Assembly (NCBI GenBank): GCA_003971905.1
Contig: RSEE01000066.1
Location: forward strand, 186,001 to 250,000
Source: Moniliella sp. 'wahieum'
Taxonomy: Eukaryota
Direction of reading: 5' to 3'
DNA: 64,000 nt
Shown: positions 1-14,490 of the stretch, one piece after another
How the letters are laid out: every line of letters begins with the position of its first letter
Numbering within the stretch: position 1 is the first letter of the stretch
The notes under the pieces: generated by a model
Told to the model about the DNA's origin: nothing
Database searches by the model: none
What the model saw: the letters and a program-made list of their open reading frames with translations, nothing else
Made by a program: the position numbers and the translations under genes

Positions 1-1833
1 AAATCCCGGATCTTGCGCTTTTCCCCATTGGGAAGAGGCGAGTAGGGGATTGTAGGTCCATCCACTGCGGCCGGGAGTAGCTGGGGGACACGGCTTGGCC
101 GAGGCCTCCTCCTCCACCTTAGATAGACCACGAGCCTTCGACAGACACACAGGTCGGTGGTGCCCGGCCGGAGGAGATAATGGCAGAGGCAAAGCACAAG
201 AAGCAGAAGGGTTTTGCAATGCGAGGAATCGGCTGAGTTCACTAGTTGTGGGGTGCGTAGGACCATACCGCCCTCTGTGCACCGCTTGGCCCGGTCGGAG
301 GAGACGACACGGGGAGAGTATCGGGTCAGCACATTCGGGGGGCAGCACGCCCAGGGTATTGGTCGGATCTTCAGCAACAGCTTGCTGCAGGCGAGCCAGC
401 AGACGGTCAATGCTGAAGTGTCCGCGCCTCACCAAAGTCTCACTGGGGGGGGGGATGGGGTGTCGGACGGGGTGGATAGGGAGGAGGTTCGGTGGTCGGC
501 CAGGGAGCTCCCCAGGCTTGGCACAACATGCCCCCATGGGGAGGCTGGGTTGCCCCCAATGGCGAAGAGGGGGAGTCGGGGTCCAATTCAAGAGGGCAGG
601 GGCGAGGCGTCGTAGCCAAATTCGGGCGGGGTCCCGAACTGGAGGGTAGGATGCCCTGCTGCGACGAGGACCTGGTACGCTCCATTCTCTGCCAAAGGGT
701 CTGAGTCAGGAAGCGCGCGCTGTGCCGGCGCCGAGGAAGGACCAGTGTCGGGTCAGCGGATGTAGTGGAACGGATTGCATCTAGAGCAGGAGAAAAGCCA
801 GATTAGCATGCCAGATCACAAAAGGTCCTCACTGTCATGAGGAACGCACCCTGAAGAATCTGGCGTGAAGAGCTTGGCGCTGTAACCCGGGCCGCACTGG
901 GCTGGATTGAAGGGGCTATGGGAAGTTCTGGTGAAAGGGGAGGGAGACGGAGGGCTGGCAGAGGATAGAGCTTGTCTTGTTCCCGTAGGGACAGACTGAG
1001 GGAGAGAAGGATCGCGGCCCATGGAACGAAAGGGTGCACACGCAGGCGAAGGGGCAGGAGTCGCAGGTGGTAAGGGTGGGGAGGAGAGCGGGGGCAGCGC
1101 GAGGGAGGGTGGAGAGGGGGGTGCAATCCGATTGAGCGCCGGCAAAGGAGATGGGCTCGGGGATGGGACGGGCAGGGCTTGCGAGCGTCGACTATTGGGC
1201 ACAGCAGTGGATTTGGGAGTCGCATTCAAACTTGGATTGGGTGTGTCCTGTCCCACATTGTGAGAAAGCTGGGCCCCAGGCGGGGGCTGGCCTGGTGGGC
1301 GCGGGGTGGTGAAAGGGCGGACGGAGCGGGCTGTTCAAGCGTGTCCCTCGATCTGGGCGGGAGGTCGAGAGAAGTGAGGGTGCGAGGGGACGGCAGCGGC
1401 GGGTGGAGAGGCGGGGAGGAGATGTCGACGTTGCCGTGGATGGTGCGTGGGGTGCCGATGCTCGCCACTCGTCCGAGCAGGGTGGAGGGAGTGGTGGGTG
1501 CGGATGCGGGGATGACGGCGGGCAAGATGTCGCTGGAGCGGCCAAAGCTGCGGACCGAGTAGCGCTGCTGCGGCTCGAGCGCGCCAGCGACGAGGGGTCG
1601 GGCACATGGGGCGGGGACGCGGGGTGCGGGGTGGAGGGGGCAACGGACCAAGGCGAGGGCGGGGCGGAGTAGACGATGTCAGGGTCGCGCCGGCGAGGGG
1701 GCGCAGTGGGGGTGCCGGCGCTGGCAGGCCGGTGCTTGCTGGCGGCGATGGGGCTGGCCGAGGAGGCGGTGCGGGCGGGGTGGGAGGGGCGGCGCTCGGG
1801 AAAGGCGGGGGGGCCTATCCGTTCGAGCGGCAT
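1..1833 (-). CDS. Hypothetical Pro/Ser-rich protein, frameshifted, probably running off the left end of the window
   Basis: Chained minus-strand ORFs (1192-1833, 1226-1651, 816-1256, 440-685) and a canonical intron at 781-849 (GTGCGT...GCTAAT...CTAG) that joins two of them. No domain recognised. Confidence 0.45.
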
Positions 1834-2386
1834 GCCAGCACGACGGAGGAGGTGGGGGGGAGGAGGGGGGGAAAGGAGAAGAGGAGGACGAAAAGGGGGG
1901 AGGAGAGGAGGACGAAAAAGGAGGGGAAAACAGAGGATAGGGCGACGTGCTGGCCAGTTTCTGCCCCAGGCTTCGGGCTGCGGTGTGTGTGAACATGCAA
2001 TGTGCTTTGAAGTTGAGAATGGCTTGCGATCCGCGCAGAGGAATCTGAAGCTCTGAATCCGAGGCCGTCTGGGAAAAGTTCAGCCGAGGAGCGGCTGCTC
2101 CGCCTGAGCGACAGGCTCATCGACCCATCCGCCTCTTCGACACGCTCGTTGCCATCACCGGCCTCTGCGCTGCACCCAGGCCGGAGGGGCGAGGACGAGA
2201 GCGTGCGCGTGACTCGCGAAGGGGCTGGTCACCGTGACGAACTCAGTACCGATACTGACTAGGGGGTGCCTAAGTAGTGACACCTATCCAGGCTGTGTTC
2301 TGCTCTCCTCCCTTGTCCCCCAAGGCCTAAGGCTTAGGCCTAACCTCTTGCAGCGTCTGCACCAGGGCGGCCTGCCTGCCCTCGCC

Positions 2387-5275
2387 CTACCCAGCAGTCA
2401 CATACATCCACACCTCCCGCTCGCCCCATCCACATCCGCTCTCCACTACGCCTGCACATCGCATTTGCATCGGACCATACAGCACCCAACCGCCCCCCAA
2501 AGTACCCCTCCAGCCCTTGGGCTCCATCGGCGTCGGCGTGGCCAAGTCGCCCGAGTCGGCGCGCATATGCCCCCCGCGCAAAGTCCGTCTGGATCGGCGG
2601 CACACCCAGGTTCTGCCTCGCCCCCCCGCCGGCGCTGGTATCATACCCGGCTCGCGGCTGTTGGCCACCGACTCTCCCACCCGCGAAACAATGTCGCGCG
2701 CGCCCACTTGCAAGTTGGCAAACAACGAGTTGGCCGCGTGTCCCAGCCCCGTACCCACCAGCCCGGCCAAGCCAACCCGATGCTTGCGCTAGCTTCATGG
2801 CTCGGTGCACAGGCGTCGGCCCCGACTCGGCCGGCACATCCGCCAACGCCTCCGCAGCCACCTTGCGCTTAGCGCTGTCCATCACCGCGGTCACATCCGC
2901 TTTCTCCAGGTCGTCACGCGCACGGAGGATATATGCTCGACAAAGGCGAGTTGGGGCCCGTTGGTTTTAGCAAACGTCCAATAGGACAAGAACGCCATGG
3001 TCGAAGACGAGGTGATCAGGCCGAGGCTGTGAGAAGAAAGAGAGAGAGAGGCAAGCAGGTCAGTACCAGGCACTTCTTCAAAAATATAGGAAAGACTAGA
3101 TCAGACGTACACTTGATGCATCACCTCCAGCTTCTCGTTCATCTCCTCTTCCCTCCCATACCCGAAAACAGTGTGCTGACTTCTTCGATATCGCGCCGCA
3201 TTGCATCCGCAGCAGCGGGCATCCGCAGCTTGCTGGTTTTGTAGAGAGCGGCAAAGTAGGTGACCAAGAACGGTCCAAAATGTCGTCTTGCAGCACTTCG
3301 AACAGGTTGGGTTCAAGTGAGCCACATAATCGTTGCTGTAATCCCGGAACGTCTCGACAATCTGCGCCATTAGACCTCCGTATACCAGGTGGGGAAGACA
3401 AAGAGCTCCTTTACAGCTGGGCGCAGATCCGCGAACATGAGCTCAACCAGGACTTGGGTGCAGCGCTTGGACACATCCAAGAAGCCATTTAGCACATTGT
3501 CGGTTGCTTCCCGGATCGGCCCACGATAGCGAGGGATCCACCTGGGGCACCATCCGCTCTTGCAGCGCCTCGTGTACTCGGCGGATTTGAGGTGATCATT
3601 GGCAATAGCGATAATGTACTCCACCAAGCCCCCGACCACAAGCTCAGGCTGCTTAGCGTCGCCTGCTTGTGGTATTCCTGCTCCAGAAGCCGCAACCAGG
3701 TGGTCTGGCAATTGATCATGGCCGTGCATGCATGCTCAATTGCGCGGGTCAAGATCGATCCTTTCCTGACTCGGCGGCCAGATCCATTTGCTGATTGACC
3801 ATCTGGAAGAGAATGACAGCGCCTTGCATCCCGTACTGGCCTTCCGAATCTTCCTCTGGTGGCTCCTCGCGCGAGACAAAGACACCAGCCTCATCCGACA
3901 TGAGGTTGGCAGTCCACTCGTCAATCTTGCGCACGATCAGTTTGAGATAATCGTCAATCATCTCGTCCTCCCTTCCTCCCAAGAGAGAGGGCTGCAGCCA
4001 GGCTGCTTCAACCCCCACATCGCCCAGCATTGTCTGTTCGTACTGCTTAGAGAACTGGTAGAGCGTCAACAGCGCCGATGCCTCCGGTTCGGTCGAGAGA
4101 ATGCGCTCATCCAACATCTGTCCCAGTTGACGGTGGTAAAGCTTACAGTACCACTCGAAGATGTTGTAGTCGGGCGGGAAGAGGCTGGTCATGTCCGACT
4201 TGACAAACAGCAGGTCTTCAAACAACCATCCCATGTGCTCCAGCAAGCCCATCCGGTCCCCCGAGTCGGCGCCATACGTCATCCACAGCTCATCGAACAG
4301 TTTCTTGGTTTCGGCCTCAATCGCGTCCAGCGCTTTGTGGCGGTAAAGTTTGATGCGGCGCGCGCAATTGGCGAGGCGGGGTCAAACCGACTTGCCCTTC
4401 CAAATGGGCCCGCTTGGCCAGTCGGATCGCTGCCGTCTTCTCATCGTCGCGACCCTCCTTCTCTATCACCTTGAATGTCTTGACCACAACCGACAACCGA
4501 CCCTCGCGAGTTAGATCCATCGATCGTGCCGCAAGTCTCATCAGATACGCATCAACTCTTGGCCTAGTCGTCCAGCTCATAAAACACGCCCTCCAATCGC
4601 GCCCGCGAAGAGGCCCGCATGTTCTTCTCACACGAACCAGGTGGTCGCCTTGAAGGATTGGAGCTGAGAGAGATGGTAATGGAGAGGGATGAGTTGCTTG
4701 GCGGGTCCCATGTGGGCAAGATCATCCTGAGCCTCGGCCAAGAGCGCCTGCAGTTGCCGCACCTGCTCTGGGAGCGCAGTCAGCTTGTCCAGCACGGCGG
4801 CCGTCTGGACAAAGTTGCGGTGCACCTGGGACACCTCGGCAATCAACTTGAATGACTCGTGCTCTTTGGCCGGCTGCTTTCCGACGGGTGGTCTGACATG
4901 CCGTCGATCTGGACAAAGGCCTCGCGGATGAGCGCAGTGTCTTGGCGGGTGCCCTGGAGCTTAATCAGTCCTTCGCGCGTCGCCTCCAGTTTCCTTGGCA
5001 CCGCTTTTGAGCTTGGCTTCGAGCATAGCCTGCTCTTTCTCCAGCTTGCGCCGCACAGCGATTTTGGCCAGGTCATCAGGCGATTTGAGATGCTCGGAAG
5101 CAAAGGAGCTTACCGCGCCGCCGGGCAGCGGCAGCGGGCCATTGCTAGTGCCTTTGCCATTGGCCTCGCGGGCGGGCAGCCGGTCGGGCTGGACCCCGGC
5201 CGCAGCGGCAGCGGCCTTGACGCGCTGGCGCGATGGCAATGGGGGGGCTCGTGGTGGCGGCTGGAATTCGCTCAT
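2387..5275 (-). CDS. SEC6: Exocyst complex component Sec6 (frameshifted in this sequence; 3' end approximate)
   Basis: Fragments EHLKSPDDLAKI, VSQVHRNFVQT, KTFKVIEKEGRDDEK, FPPDYNIFEWYCKLYH, MIDDYLKLIVRKIDEWTANLM, GAVILFQMVNQQMDLA and YIIAIANDHLKSAEY match fungal Sec6 in the correct order. Intron near 3030-3110. Confidence 0.9.
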
Positions 5276-5819
5276 GGCGGGCAGACGACCAAGTGGGGGT
5301 GGTGCGATGAAGGCGCTGGGCCCAAGCATGCCGCTGCCCTCGCCGCCTCCGCCCTCGGCCTCGACGCCCCACCCCACACGTCACGCGGGAAATGTTCAAT
5401 TTTGCTCTGCTCTGAAAGATTGCGCATCGAGCAATCAATCCCCACGGCCAGTTAGATGATCTTTTCTGCCATGCGATGCACCGCCATCGGGTTATCGACG
5501 CTGCCTACACCGAAGCGGGGAATGACGATCCTTGCCTACGATCCCACCCTCTTTGCCCACGGATCCGAGCATCTATTTTTCAAAACGTGGTTGGGCAGGA
5601 AACACGGCGCACATCTCCATATTTGAGAGTTCTCTTACGCTTATATCTCTTCCTTTTTTCAGCGAGGTGGGAAGAGGCCGAGGTAGCAAAACAAACAAGG
5701 ATCGTTGGCACACGGAGGGAGATGCATTATGCAGACACAAAAGCGGAGGAGGGTATAGCGTCATAGTAATGCGCAAACAAAGGATGCGAGATTAGGATGC
5801 GGAGTAGTATAGGCCTCTT

Positions 5820-8745
5820 CTAATAGTGCTTCTCGTCGAAAAAGGGCGACATAAACAAAGATTCACGCGACTTGGTGGGAAGCTGGGAGCATGCCCAGGC
5901 CCCATTGGTCCGGAGCAGGCACATGTTCTGCATGGCGTATTTACCTTTGCGCCCACTGTCCAGCTGCTTACCCGACATGACCACCTCAAACGCTTCCCGT
6001 GCCTTCTCCACCTCACCCGCGCGGAATACAACCGCCCGAGCTCATAGTAGGAAAAGTAGGCCAGGTAATGGTCTTGCGACAGTTGGCGTGCATGCGAGAT
6101 CACCACCTTAAGACTCTCCTCCGCTGCTTGGTTGGCCTTGGCACGGAGAGGGGCGGATACAGGGGGCTCGCTGGCATGCTCCTCAGGGTAGGCCAGGTGC
6201 TTCTGCACGGTGGCATGAAGAAAGTGGGCCAGGCACAGGTCGTCCAGTAGGCCTCCGGGCCCGCCGGATACGCATCGGGGCCTGGTGCGGCTTGGAGTTT
6301 GCGCAACGCAGCTTGTACCTGAGGGAGATGGGCTTGAAGCAGCGCGGAACCCGGGGCATGGGAGATGCAGTGGTACACGTAGCTAAACTCGAGGGCTGGA
6401 AGCACCAAGTAGCCCTGGCTCTTGAGCTTGGCAGCCTTCTTCTGGACAAACTTTTCCAAGGGGATCGACTTGCCTGCAATTCGTTGCATGTGCTTTGGCG
6501 CCTCGGCCATCAGTTCCAGGGCATGAGACTGAGCCGCCCCGGGCTCAGCATCCGCACCCACAAACACCGACGGTTCCCCCTTTTCACCCCATTGCTTCGA
6601 TGCTTTGTAGGGGAGACACCCTGGCCCGGGCGATGAGCAAGTGCTGATACATGGTGGCGCCCATGCCCCACATGTAGACTGCTTTGGACCAATTGGATTC
6701 AGCTAGCAGCGTCTTGTAGCATCCCGCGGCCCCAGCCCAGTCTCCTAGGCTCATACTGCACAAGGCCATGTCCCAAATGCAGATGTGGCGGATCTGACGG
6801 TACTCCGATTGGACGTCGCGGGCGCGAGCGAATTGGGTGATGGCAGTCTCGGGCTCGACTTGGGTACTGTGTAGACGACCTGAAAAGTAGAGGATAAAGA
6901 CACCCTTGGGGTAGCGCTTGAGATGGTAGTTAAGAATGTGGCTTGCCGTGTCACGTCCACGCCTTGGACCGGCATAAACGTCGCAATGACCAAGTGGTAC
7001 AGCAAAATGCTCATGTCCACCAACGGACGCCGGATGCCCTCCTTTTCCAGCGGAACAGCGGGGGTGGCTACGCCCTTGCTCCAGCCACCGGGCTCCATGA
7101 GGATGCGCAACCCTTCTGAACAAGAGCCAGTGTAGCCAAAGCAGGTCATCAGAGTCAAGACCTTACTGGGAAGGAGGCCGAGACACATATTGATCAAGCC
7201 CGTTCCGAGTGCAACCCCGACCGAAGTCCTCGTCAATCTCAGTTTGAACCGAGGTGTTGCCCTTGGCCACTTCCTCGTCCACCCAGGCAAGGTATTTGGC
7301 CAAAGAACGGTAGATACCGTAAGCGTTCCGCATACTCAGGGCCTCTGACACAAACCCCAGGACATCCCAGAAGCAAGGATGCCCATGACAGCTTTGACAA
7401 AGGTGCTTTCAGCATAAACCAACTCCGCATGGCGTTGGACCATCGTCATGCTGTGCATGCTTGCCGGTGACATGCCTGATCCGCGCACGAACCGACCTAG
7501 GCTGGATAGTGCTGGAAGGTTTACGAAGGAGCGAGGCGATATGCATCGCGTCTTTCGAGAGTGACGAAGCGGCAAGGAGATCGTCGTGATCGAAGGTCTG
7601 AGCAAAGACAAAAGGGAGCCTTTGTTAATTCTGACAAAACATCCACCCTTAGCCTTAGGGCAGAGAACTCACCATAAATGCCTTAAAAACTTGGATCAGG
7701 GCCGCGCCCAGAGCATAGTATAGACGGGAATCCTTGGTTTCATCAGTTCCTCGGCAGCGAGCATGTCCGAGTTGAGGAACTTGTGCACCGCCAATCTGGC
7801 CACTTCCACATCTTGCCGCAGTTCGGCGTCGGACTGTGTCACATCCTGCGTACTCAATCTCGCCGTCGCTGCTGCCTTGGCAGCCACATACTTCATGTGC
7901 AACTTGGCGTCTGGCTTGTCCGAAGCGGTCGATGTGATCTGTGGAAACTGAGGGTTGTACAGCACTCGTGTTGTTTTTGGTGCCCGAGCTTGCGGTTGTC
8001 AATGCATGGTCACGGCCTCTCGCGCCAGATGGATGGCCCGTGAGCGAGCCAGGAGCGGATGAAGCAAGGGGCTGCTCTGTGGATCAGATACAGAGACCTC
8101 GCTTTGGGCATCTTGAAAGTCATCGCTGCTCTCGTTCTCCGAGTCATAGCCCGGGTCCGAAAGGGCAGGTGCACGTAACGGCCCCGTGGGGGAGGGCGGA
8201 GAGCGAATCAGGCGCTGGGGATAGGTCGTGTCGGCGCAACCTTGTGGTTCTGTAGCTTTGTGCCGGCAACGTCGACCAGGGCTGGGAAAAGCGCGGAGGG
8301 GGGGAAGCTGGCTCGATCCAGGCATCGGGGAGCGTCCGAGCTGAGTGAGAGTCGGTGGTGCTGTCGTGGCGAGGACGCTGATGGACTGGTGTGGGGGGCG
8401 GGAGCGCCGGATGCGGCGGCCGGACAACGACCGGCTGGTCGAGTCGATGATGGCGCGGGCATCACATGCGCGTAAAATCGGGTGCGCTTCCGCGGCGAGC
8501 ATCGGAGCCAAGGGTGGGTGCGGTGGGGGTGGCGCTGCGCAGGGATTGCAGCAGACCGCCCACCCGGCTGCCACGGCGCGGCGCATCGGGAGCGTAGGGC
8601 TGAGGGGGGTCGTTGAGGGCGTCATCGCTACTGAGGCCGAGGTCGGTTGTGGATGTGAGGGTGGCGCTGGGGCCGGTGCGCTTGAGCGAGAGGAGAGCGG
8701 AGCTAGAGACTCGCGGCGACGGCGTGGAGCAGCCAAGACGGGCAT
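5820..8745 (-). CDS. IML2: Iml2/TTC39 family TPR protein (frameshifted; start approximate)
   Basis: HAELVYAES, RYPKGVFILYFSGRL, LLAESNWSKAVY, IAGKSIPLEKFVQKKA, YYELGRLY and KYAMQNMCLLRTNGA. Intron 7598-7672 (KAFM|TFDHDDL). Confidence 0.85.
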
Positions 8746-10002
8746 GGTACGCGGGGCAGGAATGGGGGTAGAGGGGACGGTGGGGACGGTGGTGGCGGGA
8801 GGGCTGACAGCGGCCCAGGGAGAAGATGGCTGCGGGGGGGCTGGCTGCTTACGCGAGCGGCGCGGGGTTAGCGCTTAGCGCAGGTGTCGTATCGCAAACA
8901 CACACCTCGTGCCGGCGCAACAACGCGTACGGGGTTAGGCCGATGGTCGGTGATCGATTCTCGGTGATCGATTGCCGCTCTGTCTCCAAGATCGATGCGA
9001 GCGGTTAGTCATCGATCATCGCATCCCTCCGTATCCGCGTCCCACCGCTGGGAGCGCAGCCCCACAAAAGCCCCACCAGACACTGGCTGGTGCCCGGGGG
9101 GTTCCCCGCAGTCTACGTCACGGCTGTCACCGGTCACCCATCCCTCCCGCCATTCGCCTCGATGCAATCGGAGTAAAGCGTAACGTAACCTGACGTAACC
9201 GCGTACCCCGACCTAGTAATCCCGTGGATACGAACATGAGCGTGGCAGACAATCTGTGAGCGATGAAAGTTCAAGTTGGACGCTGAGCAACCCCCATCTC
9301 CAATCATTAATCAGACTCTTTTCAGTACGGTTCCCCCAGCTCTCAACCATATAAAAAACTGGTTGGCAGTCTTGGTCTTTAGAGTGCTCGCATATGGTCC
9401 TGGACGGGGGACAGACGGCTATTGAGAGCGTTCGTATGGTGGTAGCCTCCTCGTCACATTCCGCGTGCTCTCCACTAGTCGAAACCAGCTCCTTTTTTGT
9501 CCGGAGGCGTCGCACAGCTCTCAGCAGCCACGCCCACTGTATGGCCAATTCACCTCCCACTCGTTTGCCAGCACAGGAGAGGGTCATTGGTCATTGTTTT
9601 GGTCGGCCCGACGCAGGTGCATCGAATAGCCAATCTGGGACAACAGGGGACTACTCTTGTACCCAATGAGCCGCGGTGGGTTGTGGATAGAAGCAGGAGA
9701 CAAAAAAAGGTATGCATCAAGGGCCCATGAGAATAGAGAGCGAGAACAAAGAGCAACAGCAATATGCGGAACAAAGTACAAAGGAGAGAAGGGGGACGTG
9801 AGGCGGGCAGCTGGACAAGCCGCGGTACGCTAGAACGACAGAACAAAAGGCAAGGAGAGTGCAAGTTGGCCGCCAGGTCCACCCGATCCGGTCCCTAAGC
9901 CCCAGAGGGGGCGGCGTAGAAGGAAGGAGATGGGTGCAATGGAAGAAAAGACAAACGACAGAGACCGGGCCGTGATGAGAAGCAAGATGGGGTGGGCTCG
10001 AC

Positions 10003-11062
10003 TTATACCAACAACGCCCCGAGCACCAGACCACCCACCACACCCGTCACAATTGGCAACGCTGCTCGTTGCTGCTGGAATTCCCGGCCGGGAGGCAAGC
10101 CGGTCGTCAAAGTTGGGTGCGGATGCACTTGAGCTGTGGGTCGACGAGCAGCGTGGCACATGGATCCTGCATCGGCACGTCGCCTCCAATCGCCGGTCGG
10201 GGCGGAAGCACGACCATCCCGCCCATCAATGTCTTTGTACGAACTGCGCCACGCCCGTTTCGCGACTGATGGTGAATGCGCGGGCGAGGCGAGCATGGGC
10301 ATCGGCAAAGACATCGCTGCGCTTTTTCTTGGCTTGTCTCCGCTCTTGCCGCTCGGCATGCGTGCTCTTGGTCATGCCGTCTTTCAGGCGTCGTCCCATC
10401 TTCTTGAACCCCCTACGGACTTTCCATCGACCAACGACACAGGCGGGTCGGGTTCGGAGTTGCGCCTGCGCCTGTAACACCCGCTCGGGGGAGCCGAAGC
10501 TCGACGCCCACGCCCAGTTGGCGTAGGCGGAAGAGCTTGTTCTCCCACTCCACACACGCCCGTTCCGGGGCAGAAAGTGAGGCCAAGTACCGCTCCTCAA
10601 ACAGCGGGTGGTTCCACGTACTTTGCCCGGCTCCCTTGTTGGCTTGGGTATCGACGTAGTACCACCTCGAATGGTCAGGCGAGAATTCGGCGACCCAGCC
10701 CGGCGGCAAGGGACGCTCTTGGCCCAGAGAAGAATCCAACACGGGCACGGAGCTGCCGGCGGGTCGAGGTCGGGCCGTGATGGTGTGCGCGCGAGTGGGG
10801 CCGGCGCTGGGCTGGGAGGGAGGAGGGTCCGGCGTGGGATAAGGGTCGGCGCGGACGCGGGGCGGCTACCGAGTCGCCATAGGAAGGGGGCGCCTCGTCC
10901 CGGCGGGAGGTGGTGCTAGGGGGGGGGGAGGTCAGGTGGGGCGGCGGACCGCCGGGGGCATCGAGCGGTGGCGGGCGTTCGTCGGCGGGGGGGAGGCGGA
11001 GGCGGAGGCGGAGCAGAGGTGGGGGCAAGGAGCGGCGGAGGCGGAGCAAGGGACAGGGCCAT
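10003..11062 (-). CDS. WW-domain protein with Pro-rich N-terminus and hydrophobic Gly-rich C-terminus
   Basis: RPLPPGWVAEFSPDHSRWYYVDTQ...STWNHP is a WW signature. It is followed by GRRLKDGMTKSTHAERQERR and a C-terminal LPIVTGVVGGLVLGALLV*. Confidence 0.75.
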
Positions 11063-11770
11063 GGTGGTGGTGGGAGGGGCGAGAGGCAATGCGACGGGTG
11101 ACGGGTGAAGGGGAAGGGAAAGGGTAGCGCTGCGAGCAGGGGGAGGCGGGTGGGACGTTGGGGCGACGACAGATGCTCGCTCGCGGAGAGCAGTGGAGGG
11201 ACAGGCGAGGCACGCGCCCGCAGTGGCAGCGTTGAAGTTCAACGTTCAACGCGAGCGGATAGGATGGTCGGTGTGGCTGGCGTGTGGCTGGCAGTGGTGG
11301 CCTGCGGTGGCCGGTCTGGCGCGTGGCCTGTCTGGCCTGCACCACTCGCACCGAGACGCACGTGCTCAGTTTGCAGTACTGGTAGGGTACGCCTTGGCCC
11401 GAACAGTGCCTGCTGCGCCTCAGCGCACACCTGCCCCCATCATGCATCTGCACTGCATCACCCACCCGCCCACGTGGAGCCCAGCCGCATCCGCCTCTGA
11501 GCCGCGCCGCACCCCCTGCGCTGCCATCAGCCACCGCGATTTGAACATTGCACATCCTTGCACCGCCCGACGAAATAACCCTAATCCCACTCCAGTCAAA
11601 TCAGCTCAAATGTGCCGCAGCGGGAGCACGCCGCCAGTCGGGGTGCGCGAGGGTTCGGTTGCTGTAACCCTACCCGCCCTCCGCCTGGCGCTGCTGCTTG
11701 GACCCAGGCCTGTCCGCCGCGCCGACGCTGGCCGGCTCATCTCCTCACCAGCACAAGCAAGCAAGTCGAG

Positions 11771-12221
11771 ATGGTACGTGTGTTGGCCTTGCATCTTGCC
11801 GTTGTCCGCCGCGGCTACTGACCCCTCGCGTCTGCTTTTTGCTGCGTCCCGCCAGGCCAAGATCACAGCAAAAGAGCTTCAGGCCAAGTCCAAGGCCGAG
11901 CTGACGACGCAGCTGGAGGAGCTCAAGGCGAACTGCTTTCGCTCCGGGTTGCCAAGGTCGCCGGCGGCTCCTCCTCGCGCATCGCCAGATCAACAGCACG
12001 CGCAAGGACATCGCGCGTTGCACACGGTCATGCACGCCAAGCAGCGCGCCAACTTGCGCGAGTACTACAAGAACGCCAAGTACCTCCCGCTTGACCTGCG
12101 CGCCAAGAAGACGCGCGCCCTGCGCCGTGCCCTGGCCCCCGAGGAGAAGAAGGCGACGACGGTGCGGGCGCAGAAGAAGGCGCATGGCTACCGCAAGGTG
12201 ACCTACGTTCTCAAGGCCTAA
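11771..12221 (+). CDS. RPL35: 60S ribosomal protein L35 (uL29)
   Basis: ATG at 11771, intron 11774-11855 (GTACGT...TACTGAC...CAG), then AKITAKELQAKSKAEL...NLREYYKNAKYLPLDLRAKKTRALRRAL. Internal compensating indels. Confidence 0.95.
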
Positions 12222-12479
12222 GCCGCAAGGGTTGAATGGGACTATGCAACTCTCGATCCTATCCTGCCCTCGCTCGTTTGGGGGCGCCTCCTCGCTCTGC
12301 CCCCTGTCTCTCCCCACCCCCCGCCTTCCGCCCCTTACCTCTTCTTCCCTCCTTTCCTCCCATGCAATACAAAAGGTGTCCTCTGGATGCCGTCTTTGAC
12401 CGAGTTGGGTCTCTATGTTCTGTGAGAAAGGGCGCATGCGAAGCGTGAGCAAGCACCGCAGCCTGGAACGGGTTACTAA

Positions 12480-14490
12480 AAGGGACACGCCACTGGTGAG
12501 CCGACTACCAAACGCCCAATAGAATGCGATCCTCACTGCAGGGGCAAGAGCAAGTACAAGTACAAGTACAACGTGAGGGAAGGGGTCATGGATTGTAGAA
12601 CCGCGAGCAGGGAAGGGGAGGGGATCAATGTCAAATGGTGACGCGTGGGGCAGGACGGGACGAGAGAGACGAAACAGACGAGACGCTAGGAGCACACGGG
12701 CACGGGTACCGCCGCATTGCACAGATTGGCGCGCGGGCGCAGAGCGTCAGGGCATCTGCCAGCAGGGGAGCATGCGAGTCCGGTGCGGTGGGTACGAGGG
12801 CATGCAGCTGCTTGAGAAGAAGGAGGTAGCGTGGCAGGCACTGGGTTGGCATGATGGCCACATCGAGCGGAGCCAATTTGCCCTTGGGCGGGTGGGAGCG
12901 GGAAAGCGAAGAGGAAGAGGAGCTGGTGGACGAGGGTGCACGAACGCCGCGCAGCGCATGCAGGAGCGGGGGCGCAGCGCAGGTCCATTGCACCAACGCC
13001 GTTTCCAGCAGCGGCACGACCGAGGCAAACGCATGCGCGACCCCGGCAGGGGTGGGTGAAGACTCGAGGTGACGCAGCAGCGTGTGGCTCAAGGTGATCA
13101 ATGGCGGCAGGTGGGTCCGCAGACCGTCGCTTGCTCGTGGCCAGCTGGCAGAGTTGGCCAGGTGGAGAAGGGTGGAAAGGTGGGGCGGCGTAACTGCGTT
13201 CGCTCTGGATCAATTCCCGGATCACTGGGGGCATATATCAGAATCGAGACTCAATTAATCAGCCACAAACGGAACGGGACGATCGAGGGGGCTCATCGCA
13301 ACGAAACCACGTACAGAAAAGGACCTTGACCTGTTGTGCCTCCAGCACTTCGGATGCCTGTCGAGGCCGACCGGGGGGGCTGACCTCTGAGCAGCTCTGA
13401 GCGCGGCTTAACCGTAGCGTTTCGGCTTCAGAGGAAGTTGAAGTCAGATTAAGGGAAAGTGTGCTCAGCTGGGCCGAAATGGAGGATCGGAGATGGAATG
13501 AGCCTCGATCGCACGAAGAAATTGGAGGTCGTCGGCAATGTGAAAAGGGAACGCAGATGGGGGTGGGAGAGGGCGGTCAGGATCTGGAGATTGATCGAGG
13601 AAGGATCCCTAGCGGTTAGAGAAATCAAAATACTCTGCACCCGAGACAATCCATTCCGCCGAGGAGACCGAGGTGTCGGCGGTGGCTCTGCCTCACTCCC
13701 GCTCGAATCGTCGAGGCGGAGGGGGCTGTTGGGAGGGAAGAACGACGTGAACGAGGCTTAGACGCAGCAGAGCTCAATCCTTGGCACGCCTGGTCATTGA
13801 CCTCCGAACGAGCTCTCAGTTTCAGTCCCCCACAAATCGATCCCGGACGTAGAGAGAAAGGGACGAGGAACTACTTGTTCGTCCTGACCTTACTTGTACC
13901 ACCACCGCTTCTTCCGATTTCTGCTTTTCTACTGAAGCGGGAGACATGGTCAAGGTACGTAGAAGCGAATAGGAGGTCAGAAGGGATGGCCTCCGCTTGC
14001 GCAAGGGCATTGGCGTGGACGAGGTAGTGGCTGCCAAGGGTCGAGCCTCCACCTTGAGTTCGGAGAGTTCTGGGAGCGCAGGAGATGGGCGAGCGACCTG
14101 GCAGGCCGGAGAGAGCGGACGACCTCCGTCGATGACATGGAGGAAGAGGAGGGGAGGCTAGCGAATACAGCCCTAGAACGTTGGTCGTACACGGCAATTC
14201 GGGGAGGAAGAGATGGCGAGTGGTTCAAGTGGATGAATGGGTACGAGAGAAGGAGTGCGGCTGAGAGGTGTGCGGTTGGTAGACGCGGGGAATACAGGGG
14301 AGCGCCCGCCCAGAGGCTGCGGGGTGCTTCTGCCTCGCATCAACACCGATGGACGGGCTTTGAGCTTGATGGGGTTGGAGATGGGGTCGAGCTCGGGCTC
14401 TGGACTGGCAGGTGGGTGGGTGGCGGCGGTGCGAGCGGAGACGGCAGGAGATGCGGTGGATGAGGAGGCAATGAGGATGGGACAACGCAT
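12480..14490 (-). CDS. Dbl-homology (DH) domain Rho-GEF-like protein (boundaries approximate, spliced and frameshifted)
   Basis: VIRELIQSERSY (DH CR1) directly after a 3' splice site at ~13225, and LAPLDVAIMPTQCLPRYLLLLKQL (DH CR3). Low-complexity N-terminus. Confidence 0.65.
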